Assembly: GCA_963422735.1 (NCBI GenBank) | Contig: OY730476.1 | Coordinates: 1,312,001-1,376,000, forward strand | From: Candidatus Latescibacterota bacterium | Lineage (GTDB): Bacteria; Latescibacterota; UBA2968; UBA8231 | Direction of reading: 5' to 3' | DNA: 64,000 nt | Shown: positions 1-9,020 of the stretch, in pieces | Layout: each line of letters begins with the position of its first letter | Position numbering within the stretch: the first letter of the stretch is position 1 | Program-made: the position numbers and the translations under genes | The notes under the pieces: model-generated | Seen by the model: the letters and a program-made list of their open reading frames with translations, nothing else | The model's database searches: none | What the model was told of the DNA's origin: nothing

Positions 1-221
1 TCCGCCCCTTGGCGGCGGGTACCCGGCGACGGGCCCTAGAACATCGACGCGGGGGACCGCGCTGGTCCGGACGAGGGCTACGGGCAGGCCGAGTGAAACC
101 GCCTAAATGAAACCTGAATGCCCAACCGTACACTAGGAAATTCCGATGACGTATAACATATCTTGGCTACCCGCGCAGCAGATCCCGAAGGGCCGGGCAA
201 AGCCCGAGCGGATAGACGATG

Positions 222-1094
222 TTATGTGCCGTAGCCCCCTGGGATCTGCCAATCAGTACTGCAACCAGACTGCTTTAGTATTGCGATCCCTTTTTCGATA
301 TTCAATCCAACTCCCGCGACGCCATGTGAATCATCTCCCGGGACGCAGGGGACTCCAAGATCCAGTGCCGTTTCCAAAATAGATCTGGATACATAGGGTT
401 CAGATCCCCCCTTTTCGAAGGCTCTGACATTGAAATCTAAAATCGATCCAAGATCCTTGATCTTCTCAAGATTTCTCCGGATTCTCTCCTTGATTTTTGA
501 GGTCTCTAAGCGCTGACGATAGTCCGTGTCGTGCATGCGAATCAGATCAAAGTGTCCGACCACCTCGGGCTCAAGTTTCTCTAGTAGCTCGTACTGTTGG
601 TCGAAGTACTCACAGAAAAGCGCATCGATTCCTCCGACCTCCTCAATGGCTTGGGCATACCATTCTGGCGGACCATCGATACATATATCTTTCACGTGAT
701 GAACCGAGCCTACGATGTAGTCAGGTTGAAATCGATTCCGCAGACTGTTTACGTGCGCTATATAGCCCGTGTAGCTCTCTGTTTCGAGCCCAACTAAAAT
801 CCGAACGGAATCGCGATACTCCTTTTGTAGCTTGCGGGCGACGGAGAAATAGTTTTCGAATCGCCTGAACATTGACTGCACTGTGTGTCCTTCCTCAATA
901 TCCCAAGGAAACAGAAAATCTGCTGAAACGGGAGGGATATGTTCAGTCACTCCTACCCATTTAAAGCCTTTGCGAACGTAAGCGTATATGATCTCCTCAA
1001 GCGAGGAATCATTTGCATCGCCGAATTCTTTGCTATGTCCACCGTGGATGGATACAAGAGCAGCAGATGGAGGTTTTGGCCTTGGCTTCAGCAT
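222..1094 (-). CDS. PHP-family histidinol-phosphatase (HisJ/HisK-like)
   Basis: N-terminal HGGHS, TEH, GSVHH, GHFDLI and GDDSH metal-binding motifs of the PHP fold; visibly lower GC than neighbours. Confidence 0.85.
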   Translation of the reverse strand: MLKPRPKPPSAALVSIHGGHSKEFGDANDSSLEEIIYAYVRKGFKWVGVTEHIPPVSADFLFPWDIEEGHTVQSMFRRFENYFSVARKLQKEYRDSVRILVGLETESYTGYIAHVNSLRNRFQPDYIVGSVHHVKDICIDGPPEWYAQAIEEVGGIDALFCEYFDQQYELLEKLEPEVVGHFDLIRMHDTDYRQRLETSKIKERIRRNLEKIKDLGSILDFNVRAFEKGGSEPYVSRSILETALDLGVPCVPGDDSHGVAGVGLNIEKGIAILKQSGCSTDWQIPGGYGT

Positions 1095-1419
1095 CGAGGC
1101 GTCTCAAGCCACCGCATCGACAGACCCCGCCCGGGGGCCAGTCCGCTCCAGCCGTCCCCTGCTTAAAGAGTTGCAAAACGGTGCCCACATGGCCTCGCTC
1201 CTCTTGGATTTGCACGCTCTGCTGTGCTTGGGCGGCTAGGGCGCACACTGCCTCGATGTGTCCATCGATCAGTTCGGCTACCGACGTAGTCGAATCCGTC
1301 TCGGTATCGCAGAGACCGCTGGTGCTCGCCCTTTTCGTCGCAAAAAGTATGCGTCGGCTGGATGTGCGGCGTCACTGAGAGGTACATATAGACTGGCTCG
1401 CGCCGAGTGCGGCTCGGAC

Positions 1420-1527
1420 GTCTTATTAACTATCGAAGACTATTTGAAAATTACCGGAAAGAAAAAAAGCATCGTCGAATTGCTGGCCATGCCAGAGGCA
1501 GCCGCGTTTGAATCGAGAAATGTATAA
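1420..1527 (+). pseudogene. C-terminal remnant of a Phd/YefM (StbC-like) antitoxin
   Basis: VLLTIEDYLKITGKKKSIVELLAMPEA matches the C-terminal half of this antitoxin family; N-terminal half absent; directly upstream of a PIN toxin. Confidence 0.7.
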
Positions 1528-1545
1528 AGCGGCGGATTTATCTTG

Positions 1546-1965
1546 ATGTACTTACTCGATACGAATGTCATTGCGGAATTGAGAAAGGCAAGCTCCCGTA
1601 AAAGCCCTTGCGTGGGCAAATAACGTCCCCGCAGCACGGCTCTTTTTGTCGGTTGTCACGATTTTGGAACTTGAAATGGGCACACTGTTGGTTGAGCGTC
1701 GAGATCCAACACAGGGAGCAGTACTCCGCTCTTGGCTCAATGTACATGTAATGCCGGCATTCTCGGACCGCATTTTGCCGGTCGATACCAAGGTCGCCCA
1801 GCGTTGGCCAAGCTCCATGTCCCCGACCCGCGCCTAGACCGCGATGCGCTGATTGCAGCCACGGCATTAGTTCACGGGATGACGGTGGTTACCCGCAATG
1901 TTGACGACTTTGCTCCTATAGGCGTCGAAATAGTAAATCCCTGGGAGTACGCGAAATCTGCTTGA
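1546..1965 (+). pseudogene. vapC: VapC/PIN toxin with two frameshifts
   Basis: MYLLDTNVIAELRK at 1546, LSVVTILELEMG in a second frame, DALIAATALVHGMTVVTRNVDDF...VNPW in a third. Confidence 0.85.
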
Positions 1966-1985
1966 GGCCTGTTTGACAGCGGCTT

Positions 1986-2981
1986 TCAGTCGCGGGTGCA
2001 GGCTGGTCGGCGGCGGAGCAAGCCTTGCTCCCAGTACCAGTTGATCGTCCGCATCAACCCTTCCCCTTGGTCCGTGTAGGCTAGGCCCAGCTCAGCGGTG
2101 GCACGACGTCCGTCGGCGCGGAAGCCGTGTGCGCCTAGGCGGTAGGTTTCCCACGACAGGACCGGCGGTCTGCGGGTCAGGCGCGAAAGGGCCTCGCCGC
2201 CGAGCGCGTAGGGCGCGGCCAGCGGAGCGGGAATGGTCGGCGGCGACCAGCACCCGGCTAGCCGACAGATCTGCCGGCTGAGTTCGGTCAATTCGTTGAT
2301 GGTGCCCGCGAGTATATAGCGTTCTCCGACTCGGCCATTTTCAGCCGCCAGCACGTGTCCCCGAACCGCGTCGTCAATGTACACCAAGCTCAACCAGCCG
2401 GGGAAAAGCGCGGGGACCCGACCGTTGAGCAGGCTAATGAAAAAGCGCCCGGAGGGTTTGCAATCGCCCGGACCGTAGATGGCAGCGGGCTGGACGCAGA
2501 TGAGCGGCATCCCCTTTTCCACATATGTAAACGCCACCTGCTCGGCTGCGTATTTGGCCTTTTCATAACGCGAAAGAAAATAGCCGCGATGGACCGTTGT
2601 CTCGGTGGCGACATGGCCTTTGGCCTCGCCAATACAGGCGGCAGTACTGGTATAGACGACCTTGGCGACGCCGACTGCCAACGCCGCCTCCATGGCGTTG
2701 CGGGTCCCCTCGGTTTCAGTGGCCAAGAGTTCGGCTTCGTCCAACCCCCACAAGTCGTAGAGAGCCGCGGCGTGGAAGAGAGTATCGCAACCTGCGAGCG
2801 CGGCTTCGATGCTCGCACGGACGAGAATATCGCCGCGGACGATTTCGACGCCTAAGGCCTCCAGCGCCTCGGTCTGGCTAGTGGGCCGCGCCAGCACCCG
2901 GACGTATGCACCGCCAGCGACGAGGGCGCGAACCAAAGCCCCGCCGACAAAGCCGGTGCCGCCGGTGACCAAAGCCCGCAT
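1986..2981 (-). CDS. NAD-dependent epimerase/dehydratase (extended SDR, HpnA/DFR-like)
   Basis: VTGGTGFVG, FHAAA, YTST, YEKAK (YxxxK), YGPGD. Confidence 0.9.
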   Translation of the reverse strand: MRALVTGGTGFVGGALVRALVAGGAYVRVLARPTSQTEALEALGVEIVRGDILVRASIEAALAGCDTLFHAAALYDLWGLDEAELLATETEGTRNAMEAALAVGVAKVVYTSTAACIGEAKGHVATETTVHRGYFLSRYEKAKYAAEQVAFTYVEKGMPLICVQPAAIYGPGDCKPSGRFFISLLNGRVPALFPGWLSLVYIDDAVRGHVLAAENGRVGERYILAGTINELTELSRQICRLAGCWSPPTIPAPLAAPYALGGEALSRLTRRPPVLSWETYRLGAHGFRADGRRATAELGLAYTDQGEGLMRTINWYWEQGLLRRRPACTRD

Positions 2982-3835
2982 TAGGCGGCGGCTCCGGCAC
3001 CGAGATGTTGGCGCAAAAAGACGCGCAGTGGCACGTCTTCATCGGTGGGCGAGGTGTACCCGTAGCCGCCGCTAGGCGCGTACCCTAGTAGCTGGCGGCG
3101 AATCGGGTCACAGCGCTCAAAAAGGTGTTCGACGGTCTGGTCGTCGCGGGGGCGGAGCCAGCGATAAGAATAGCCGTAGAAGAGCACCTTGCGGGCGATA
3201 GCCGAGGCGTTGGAACTGGCCGAGTGCCAGATCCGGCGGTCGAAGAGCACCGCCCCACCCTGCGGCACCAACACGGGGACGGCGTTGCGGGGCAAGGAGC
3301 CGTCGTCGGGGATGTCATACGCATCCAGCAAGTGGCTGCCGGGCACAACCCAAAAGTTGGCGCGGCCTGCTGCCGAACAGTCGCTGAGGAAATAGGCCAT
3401 CTTGACCGAGATCCGCGGCCGGGGGCTGGACTCGATCTCGTAGTTGACGCGGTCCGAGTCTTGGTGCCAACCCTGCATCTTGACTCGGCAGTTATTAGGC
3501 TCGGTGGGCGGGCTATAGGCGAGGACGGTGTGGTATATCTGGATATTCCAGCCGAGTGTTCCCCAGACCTTGGGTAGTGCTCGAGGCCAATCGACCAAGT
3601 CTAAGTAGCATTCGTCGCGCCCAATCATGTCGCGCACGGTCAGCCGGGCGTAGAGTCCGACGCCGCGCTTTTCGCGCTCCTCGGCGTCAACCCGGTCGGA
3701 GGCTTCCACGAGTGCGTCAACCGCATCGGGAGGCAGCATCTCGTCGAAGACGAGGTAGCCGCGCTGGGTAAACTCTAGGCGTTCAGCCTCGGTCAACGCG
3801 TACTGCAAGCAAGAAGAATCCATGGAAGCCCCCAT
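2981..3835 (-). CDS. Phytanoyl-CoA dioxygenase (PhyH) family 2OG-Fe(II) oxygenase
   Basis: WHQD, VVPGSH and RIWHS facial-triad motifs; stop overlaps the next start codon. Confidence 0.88.
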   Translation of the reverse strand: MGASMDSSCLQYALTEAERLEFTQRGYLVFDEMLPPDAVDALVEASDRVDAEEREKRGVGLYARLTVRDMIGRDECYLDLVDWPRALPKVWGTLGWNIQIYHTVLAYSPPTEPNNCRVKMQGWHQDSDRVNYEIESSPRPRISVKMAYFLSDCSAAGRANFWVVPGSHLLDAYDIPDDGSLPRNAVPVLVPQGGAVLFDRRIWHSASSNASAIARKVLFYGYSYRWLRPRDDQTVEHLFERCDPIRRQLLGYAPSGGYGYTSPTDEDVPLRVFLRQHLGAGAAA

Positions 3836-3862
3836 CTAAGCAGCGAGCCATTGACCTGCGAA

Positions 3863-5155
3863 TTACAGGTCGTACCCTACTTCGCCGTGCTCGCTCAGGT
3901 CAAGTCCATCAATCTCGGTCTCCCCATCCACGCGCAGGCCGCCTACTAAGTCGATGACCTTGAGAATGACAAACGATACGACTAGGGTATAAACGGCTGT
4001 GCCGACCGCGGCGAAGGCTTGGATGCCGAACTGCTTGCCCATGTCTAAGCCCTCGATAGTGCCGCCCAAGGCGGTCGAGGCGAAGAAGGACACCAGCAGA
4101 ACCCCGACTAAGCCGCCGAAGCCGTGAACCCCCACTACGTCGAGCGCGTCGTCGTACCCGCAGGTGCGCTTGAGCCAAGTGGCGGCCCAATAGGCGACGA
4201 GGCTAGAGCACAGGCCGATGGCAAAAGCCCCCAGCGGCCCCACTGTGCCCGATGCCGGGGTAATGGCCGCTAGACCAGCGATGGCGCCGGTGGCAAAACC
4301 GAGCGCACTAGGTTTGCCGTTTTTAATCCATTCGATAAAAATCCACGTCAGCGACGCGACGCTGGGCGAGATTTGGGTGACCACGACCGCCATAGCCGCC
4401 TGCCCATTAGCCGCCAAGGCACTGCCGCCATTGAAGCCGAACCACCCAACCCAGAGCATGGCCGTGCCGACGAGGTTCATAGTCATGTTGTGCGGGGGCA
4501 TGGGCTGTTCGGGATAGCCAGTGCGCTTGCCGACGAGGATCGCGGCTACCAGCGCGGCTGCCCCGGCGGTGATATGGACGACGATGCCGCCAGCAAAGTC
4601 AAAGACGCCCATCGCGCCCAAGTAGCCGCCCTCTCCCCAGACCATGTGCGTAATGGGCAGATAAACCAAAACACACCACAGCCCACTGAACCACATCACG
4701 GCCGAAAACTTCATGCGCTCGGCAAAGGCACCGACAAAAAGCCCGGGGGTGATGATGGCAAACGTCATCTGGAAGACGAAGAAGAGCAATTCCGGGATGG
4801 TGCCCGCAAGGCTGTCCACAGTGACGCCGTTGAGAAAGGACTTGGACAGGCCGCCGATGAAGGGGTTGTTGGCCGTAAAGGCCAAGCTATAACCGAAAAT
4901 GGTCCATAAGACAGTGATCAGGGCCGCAATCCCAAAGCAGTGCATATAGACCGAGAGCACATTGCGAGTGCGGACCAGACCAGCGTAAAACATGGCCAAG
5001 CCGGGGATCATCATAAAGAGAACCAAGCCGGTGGAAATCAGAATCCAGGCCGTGTCGCCGGTATCGAGCTTGTCTTGGGCGAAGGCGGCATTGGGGATTG
5101 CGAAAAAAACAAAAGCCAGCAGGGCGAGAAGGCCCCCCTTTCTGCGAACTATCAT
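3863..5155 (-). CDS. amtB: Ammonium transporter
   Basis: FQMTFAIIT, ERMKF, DFAGGIVVH, LWVGWFGFNGGS, DDALDVVGVHG; both pore His retained; signal peptide. Confidence 0.97.
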   Translation of the reverse strand: MIVRRKGGLLALLAFVFFAIPNAAFAQDKLDTGDTAWILISTGLVLFMMIPGLAMFYAGLVRTRNVLSVYMHCFGIAALITVLWTIFGYSLAFTANNPFIGGLSKSFLNGVTVDSLAGTIPELLFFVFQMTFAIITPGLFVGAFAERMKFSAVMWFSGLWCVLVYLPITHMVWGEGGYLGAMGVFDFAGGIVVHITAGAAALVAAILVGKRTGYPEQPMPPHNMTMNLVGTAMLWVGWFGFNGGSALAANGQAAMAVVVTQISPSVASLTWIFIEWIKNGKPSALGFATGAIAGLAAITPASGTVGPLGAFAIGLCSSLVAYWAATWLKRTCGYDDALDVVGVHGFGGLVGVLLVSFFASTALGGTIEGLDMGKQFGIQAFAAVGTAVYTLVVSFVILKVIDLVGGLRVDGETEIDGLDLSEHGEVGYDL

Positions 5156-5512
5156 GTCGAACCCCTTTTAGGTGCGATAGGTGGAATGCGTGCAGGAGGA
5201 AGTTTATATAAATAAGAAAACTTGGGCCTTTGCCCAAGCGTTGATCGCAAAGTTGTCAGATTGAGACGACAAAAATGGCGGAGAAGGAATGTAATTTTTG
5301 CAGCGACAGGTGCGGCGTTAGAGGAATAATAGTTCGCTAATCGCCTGCTGCCGATAGCCAAAAATGCGTTTGAGCTGAAGTTTGACTAGGGGCGGACCGA
5401 TAGGCGGCAGAGGGGGCGAGTAATGCGCTCTAGATTTTGCGCCTCGGCGAAGAAGGCGAAGACCTCCTAGCGTCCGAGGGACAAGGTCATCGATGCTGCG
5501 AGGACGTGGGGT

Positions 5513-6484
5513 TTAGGCGGCATGGCCGTGAATGATTTGGTCCATGACTCGGCTAGTGCGGGCGGCGCTTGCGCCGGTGCTGGGGCATTCTCCCCGGCCC
5601 AACAGGGCATTGACTACCGTCTGGATCAGGGGCTGCTGGACGTGTTCGGGCGGGTCGATGGCGAAGGTTTGGGTCCCGGCGTTGGTAGTCAATTCGACCG
5701 GGGTAAAGGCGAAAGTGGAAAAGGCGATTTGGCCCTTGTCGCCGACGACTTCGATCCGGTCGCGGTGCTGGTCGGCGGCGAAGTTCCAGACTCCCGCGCC
5801 GAGTGCGCCGGACTCAAAGGCGAAGCTGGCGGTAACGGCATCTTCGGCCCGGTAGAGCTTGGCTTGGTTGGTCGCGTGGCCCGAGGCGTGGGCGATGGGG
5901 CCGAGCAGAAAGTCGAGGAAGTCGAGCTGATGCGAAGCTAGGTCGAAGAAGTAGCCGCCGCCCGAGATCTGTGGGACGACGCGCCAAGGCAGGTCGTCGG
6001 GATTCTCTGACGCGGGTTGACAGAGTGCGATGGAGGCGAAGCGCACCGCGCCGATGGCCCCTTCCTCGACCAGCGACTTGACCTTGAGGAAAGCGGGCAG
6101 GGCGCGGCGGTAGTAGGCGACGAAAAGCGGCACCCCGGCCCGGCGGCAGGCGTCGATCATCGCCAAGCACTCGCCGTGGTTGCGCGCCATTGGTTTTTCG
6201 ACGTAAACAGGTTTGCCGGCTCGGGCGACTTGCGCGGTGTAGTAAGCGTGGGTGTCCGGGGGCGTCGCGATATAGACCGCATCGACGTATGGGCCGCCGA
6301 TGAGTGCGTCGGCTTGGTCGTACCATCTGGGCACGCCGTGGCGCTCGGCATAGTCGCGGGCCTTGTCCGCGTTGCGGCGCATGACTGCCATTAGCTCGGA
6401 ATCGCGGGCCTTGTACAGGGCCGGGCCGCTCTTTATTTTTGCGACGTCGCCGCAGCCAATAATGCCCCAGCGAATTTTATTCAC
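5513..6484 (-). CDS. Gfo/Idh/MocA family oxidoreductase
   Basis: GIIGCG, VEKPMA, GGYFFDLASH; GTG start created by a MITE end (see findings). Confidence 0.92.
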   Translation of the reverse strand: MNKIRWGIIGCGDVAKIKSGPALYKARDSELMAVMRRNADKARDYAERHGVPRWYDQADALIGGPYVDAVYIATPPDTHAYYTAQVARAGKPVYVEKPMARNHGECLAMIDACRRAGVPLFVAYYRRALPAFLKVKSLVEEGAIGAVRFASIALCQPASENPDDLPWRVVPQISGGGYFFDLASHQLDFLDFLLGPIAHASGHATNQAKLYRAEDAVTASFAFESGALGAGVWNFAADQHRDRIEVVGDKGQIAFSTFAFTPVELTTNAGTQTFAIDPPEHVQQPLIQTVVNALLGRGECPSTGASAARTSRVMDQIIHGHAA

Positions 6485-6769
6485 TGATGTTACGCATGGT
6501 TTGAAGAGTGGTCCGTGGTTAGCGGTTAGAATTTAGTGATCGGCTTAAGGAGTAAGGAGTGAGTCCCTGCCTCTGGTCGGGTGTCATTCCCGCGAACGCG
6601 GGAATCCAGCCGGGAGGGATGCGCCGGTCAGGACGGCGCAAGCGGGCTTCACCGCGCCTTTCGGCGGGACATCGAGCTTAACGCGTTGGCCCCAAACAGG
6701 CCGTTCTGGATGCCTGCTTGTGTAGGCATGACACTTGGACGCGCCCGCCTCAACGCTGCCTAACATCAG
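6484..6769. mobile_element. MITE, 286 bp, with 13-bp terminal inverted repeats and 8-bp target duplication
   Basis: CTGATGTTACGCA (6484-6496) / TGCCTAACATCAG (6757-6769), one mismatch; flanks TTTATTCA (6476-6483) and TGTATTCA (6770-6777). Confidence 0.8.
6583..6732. repeat. Inverted pair of GTCATTCCCGC-type REP palindromes inside the MITE
   Basis: GTCATTCCCGCGAACGCGGGAATCCA at 6583 and degenerate inverted TGGATGCCTGCTTGTGTAGGCATGAC at about 6707-6732. Confidence 0.8.
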
Positions 6770-6784
6770 TGTATTCATAAACAT

Positions 6785-8707
6785 TCAGGTGGCCTGTTGG
6801 ACGATAGCTAGCAGGCCGTTGCCGTATTTTTCGGCCTTGGCCGGACCGATGCCGTGCGCCAGCTTGATCTCTTCGAGGTTGGCAGGCCGCAGCAGGACGA
6901 TATCGCGGAGCGTGCGGTCGCTGGCGATGACGTAGGGTGGAACGTTTTCATCGCGGGCCAGTGTCATGCGGTAATGGCGCAGTGCATCGAAGAGGGTTTG
7001 GGCGTTTTCGTCGAATTCCCCGCCGGGATCGGGAGTGCGAGGACGGACGCGCGCAGTGCGGGATGCCGGGACTAGGGCCGATTTCGGCGGCAGCAGCAGG
7101 CGCACGGGCCGCTCGGCGTGAATGACTTGGCGTCCCTCTTCAGTGAGGACGACGACCGGCCGCTCACCGCCAAAGAAATCAACCCAGCCGGCTGTGACCA
7201 ACCGGCGCAAAAGCTGCAAAAGCCAGCGCTCAGAATATTCCCTGAGGATGCCAAAGGTCGGGGTCTGATCTAGGCCATCGCGTGCAAGGCGCATGTCCTT
7301 GGTGCCGCGCAGGAGCTTGGCCGCCATTAGGATGCCGTAGCGTCCGTGCAGGCGGGCCACCGCGCAAAGGGCTTTGCGCACGGTAATGGCGACTTCCGTA
7401 GCATCGCCCGCCTCGGCATGAGAAAGACTACAGCAGACGTCGCAGCGGCCGCAGCCCGAGAGCGTTTCCTCCTCGTCGCCGAAGTAGCGCAGAATCGCGT
7501 CGTGGCGACAGGACCCGCCCTCGCTCCAGCGCATCAGTTCCAAAAAGAGATTCCACTTGTGCTGGACTACCGCTGGGTCGGGGGCGCGGCCGTTGGCATC
7601 GCTTTCGATCAGGTGCCGTCGCAATGCCATGTCGCCGGGGGAGACCAGTAGCAGGCAGTAGGCATCTTGGCCGTCGCGCCCGGCGCGGCCTACTTCCTGA
7701 TAGTACGCCTCAATCGAGTTGGGCGGAGCCAGATGGGCAATGGCGCGCACATCGGCGCGATCGATGCCCATGCCAAAGGCATTGGTCGCCACCACGATTT
7801 GGATTTGGTCTTGAATAAAGGCGCACTGAACTGCGTCGCGGTCTGGCCCCGACATGCCCGCGTGATAGGCGGCCGCCTGCCAGCCGATCCCTTGGAGGCG
7901 GGAGGCTTCTTCCTCGGTGCTCTTGCGGGTAGGTGCATAGACGATGGCGGTACCTGTTTTCTGGCCGGAGGAACGGAGGGCTTCGGCTAGCAGGGCGTCG
8001 ATCTGCCGTCGCCGTTCGGCGGCACTGTTGATTTCGGCGACTCGCAGCGAAAGGTTGGGCCGGGCAAAGCCACGCACTAGCTGTGGGGTGTTGCTCGGCA
8101 GCCCGAGACGCTCGAGGATTTCGTCGCGCACCACCGGCGTGGCCGTGGCGGTGCAGGCGAGGACCCGACAGTCGGGCAGCGCGCGTACCAGCTCGCCAAT
8201 CTGCAAGTACTCGGGCCGGAAGTCGTGGCCCCACTCGCTGATGCAGTGGGCCTCATCCACGGCAATAAGCGAGCACTTGATTTGGCCCAAGAGCGCGCGA
8301 AAGCCGGGGAAGGTCAGCCGCTCGGGCGCGGCATAGACCAGCTTGTACTGGCCTTGGGCCACCCCGTACATGCGGCGACGCAACTCGTCGCCATCGAGGG
8401 TCGAGGATAGGTACGTAGCGGCGAGGCCACGCCGCTCTAGTGCTTGGACTTGATCGTGCATCAAGGCGATAAGCGGCGAGACCACTAATGCCGTGCCCGG
8501 CAGGAGGGCGGCGGGTAGCTGGTAGGTCAAGCTCTTGCCGCCGCCGGTGGGGGCGACCAAAAGCAGGCGACCAATGGCGAGCAGAGTTTCGATGGCTTCG
8601 CGTTGACCGGGCAGAAAACGCTCAAAGCCGAGCCGGGCCAGTGCAGCGTCGAGAACGGCTGGGGGAGGCTTGAGAGAGGAGGCGTCGCGGATACAGGGCT
8701 GGCTCAT
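6785..8707 (-). CDS. recQ: ATP-dependent DNA helicase RecQ (helicase, Zn, RQC, HRDC)
   Basis: PTGGGKS, DEAHCISEWGHDFRPEY, ATNAFGMGID, YYQEVGRAGRDG, CGRCDVC, C-terminal HRDC (VPPYVI). Confidence 0.96.
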   Translation of the reverse strand: MSQPCIRDASSLKPPPAVLDAALARLGFERFLPGQREAIETLLAIGRLLLVAPTGGGKSLTYQLPAALLPGTALVVSPLIALMHDQVQALERRGLAATYLSSTLDGDELRRRMYGVAQGQYKLVYAAPERLTFPGFRALLGQIKCSLIAVDEAHCISEWGHDFRPEYLQIGELVRALPDCRVLACTATATPVVRDEILERLGLPSNTPQLVRGFARPNLSLRVAEINSAAERRRQIDALLAEALRSSGQKTGTAIVYAPTRKSTEEEASRLQGIGWQAAAYHAGMSGPDRDAVQCAFIQDQIQIVVATNAFGMGIDRADVRAIAHLAPPNSIEAYYQEVGRAGRDGQDAYCLLLVSPGDMALRRHLIESDANGRAPDPAVVQHKWNLFLELMRWSEGGSCRHDAILRYFGDEEETLSGCGRCDVCCSLSHAEAGDATEVAITVRKALCAVARLHGRYGILMAAKLLRGTKDMRLARDGLDQTPTFGILREYSERWLLQLLRRLVTAGWVDFFGGERPVVVLTEEGRQVIHAERPVRLLLPPKSALVPASRTARVRPRTPDPGGEFDENAQTLFDALRHYRMTLARDENVPPYVIASDRTLRDIVLLRPANLEEIKLAHGIGPAKAEKYGNGLLAIVQQAT

Positions 8708-8749
8708 AACATCACACTCAAAAACAAGTGGCCAGCCGCGCCCAATCGC

Positions 8750-9020
8750 CGGCGATGAGAAAGAGGACGTTTCTATACTTGGTCATTCGAGGGGTTTGGA
8801 TCGGCGTGGTAGCACCTCGCGGAGCAAAAAATATAACTCGCCGGAGCAGTCGGCCCAAGGCTCTTGCAATTGGCGTACCTGCTCTTTGCAAGCTCAATTT
8901 TCAGAGAAGACAAGCGCGTACCGCAAGAAGCATATGCAGAATACTACACAGCGCTGTATCGCCTGCCGGACTCAGGCGCGGCAAGCCTTAGAGAAAATTC
9001 TTATGGGCTTGGAATGCTAA
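8750..9020 (+). pseudogene. Possible alpha/beta-hydrolase remnant
   Basis: VSILGHSRG then, after a frameshift, WIGVVA, resembling the GHSxGGWI nucleophile elbow; no intact ORF. Confidence 0.35.

Noticed and set aside
1095-1419. Short overlapping ORFs between the PHP gene and the antitoxin remnant
   Set aside because: No family recognisable; probably an eroded fragment
5156-5512. Sigma54 promoter or NtrC site for amtB
   Set aside because: Best candidate TGGCTATCGGCAGC has wrong GG-GC spacing; no convincing NtrC palindrome
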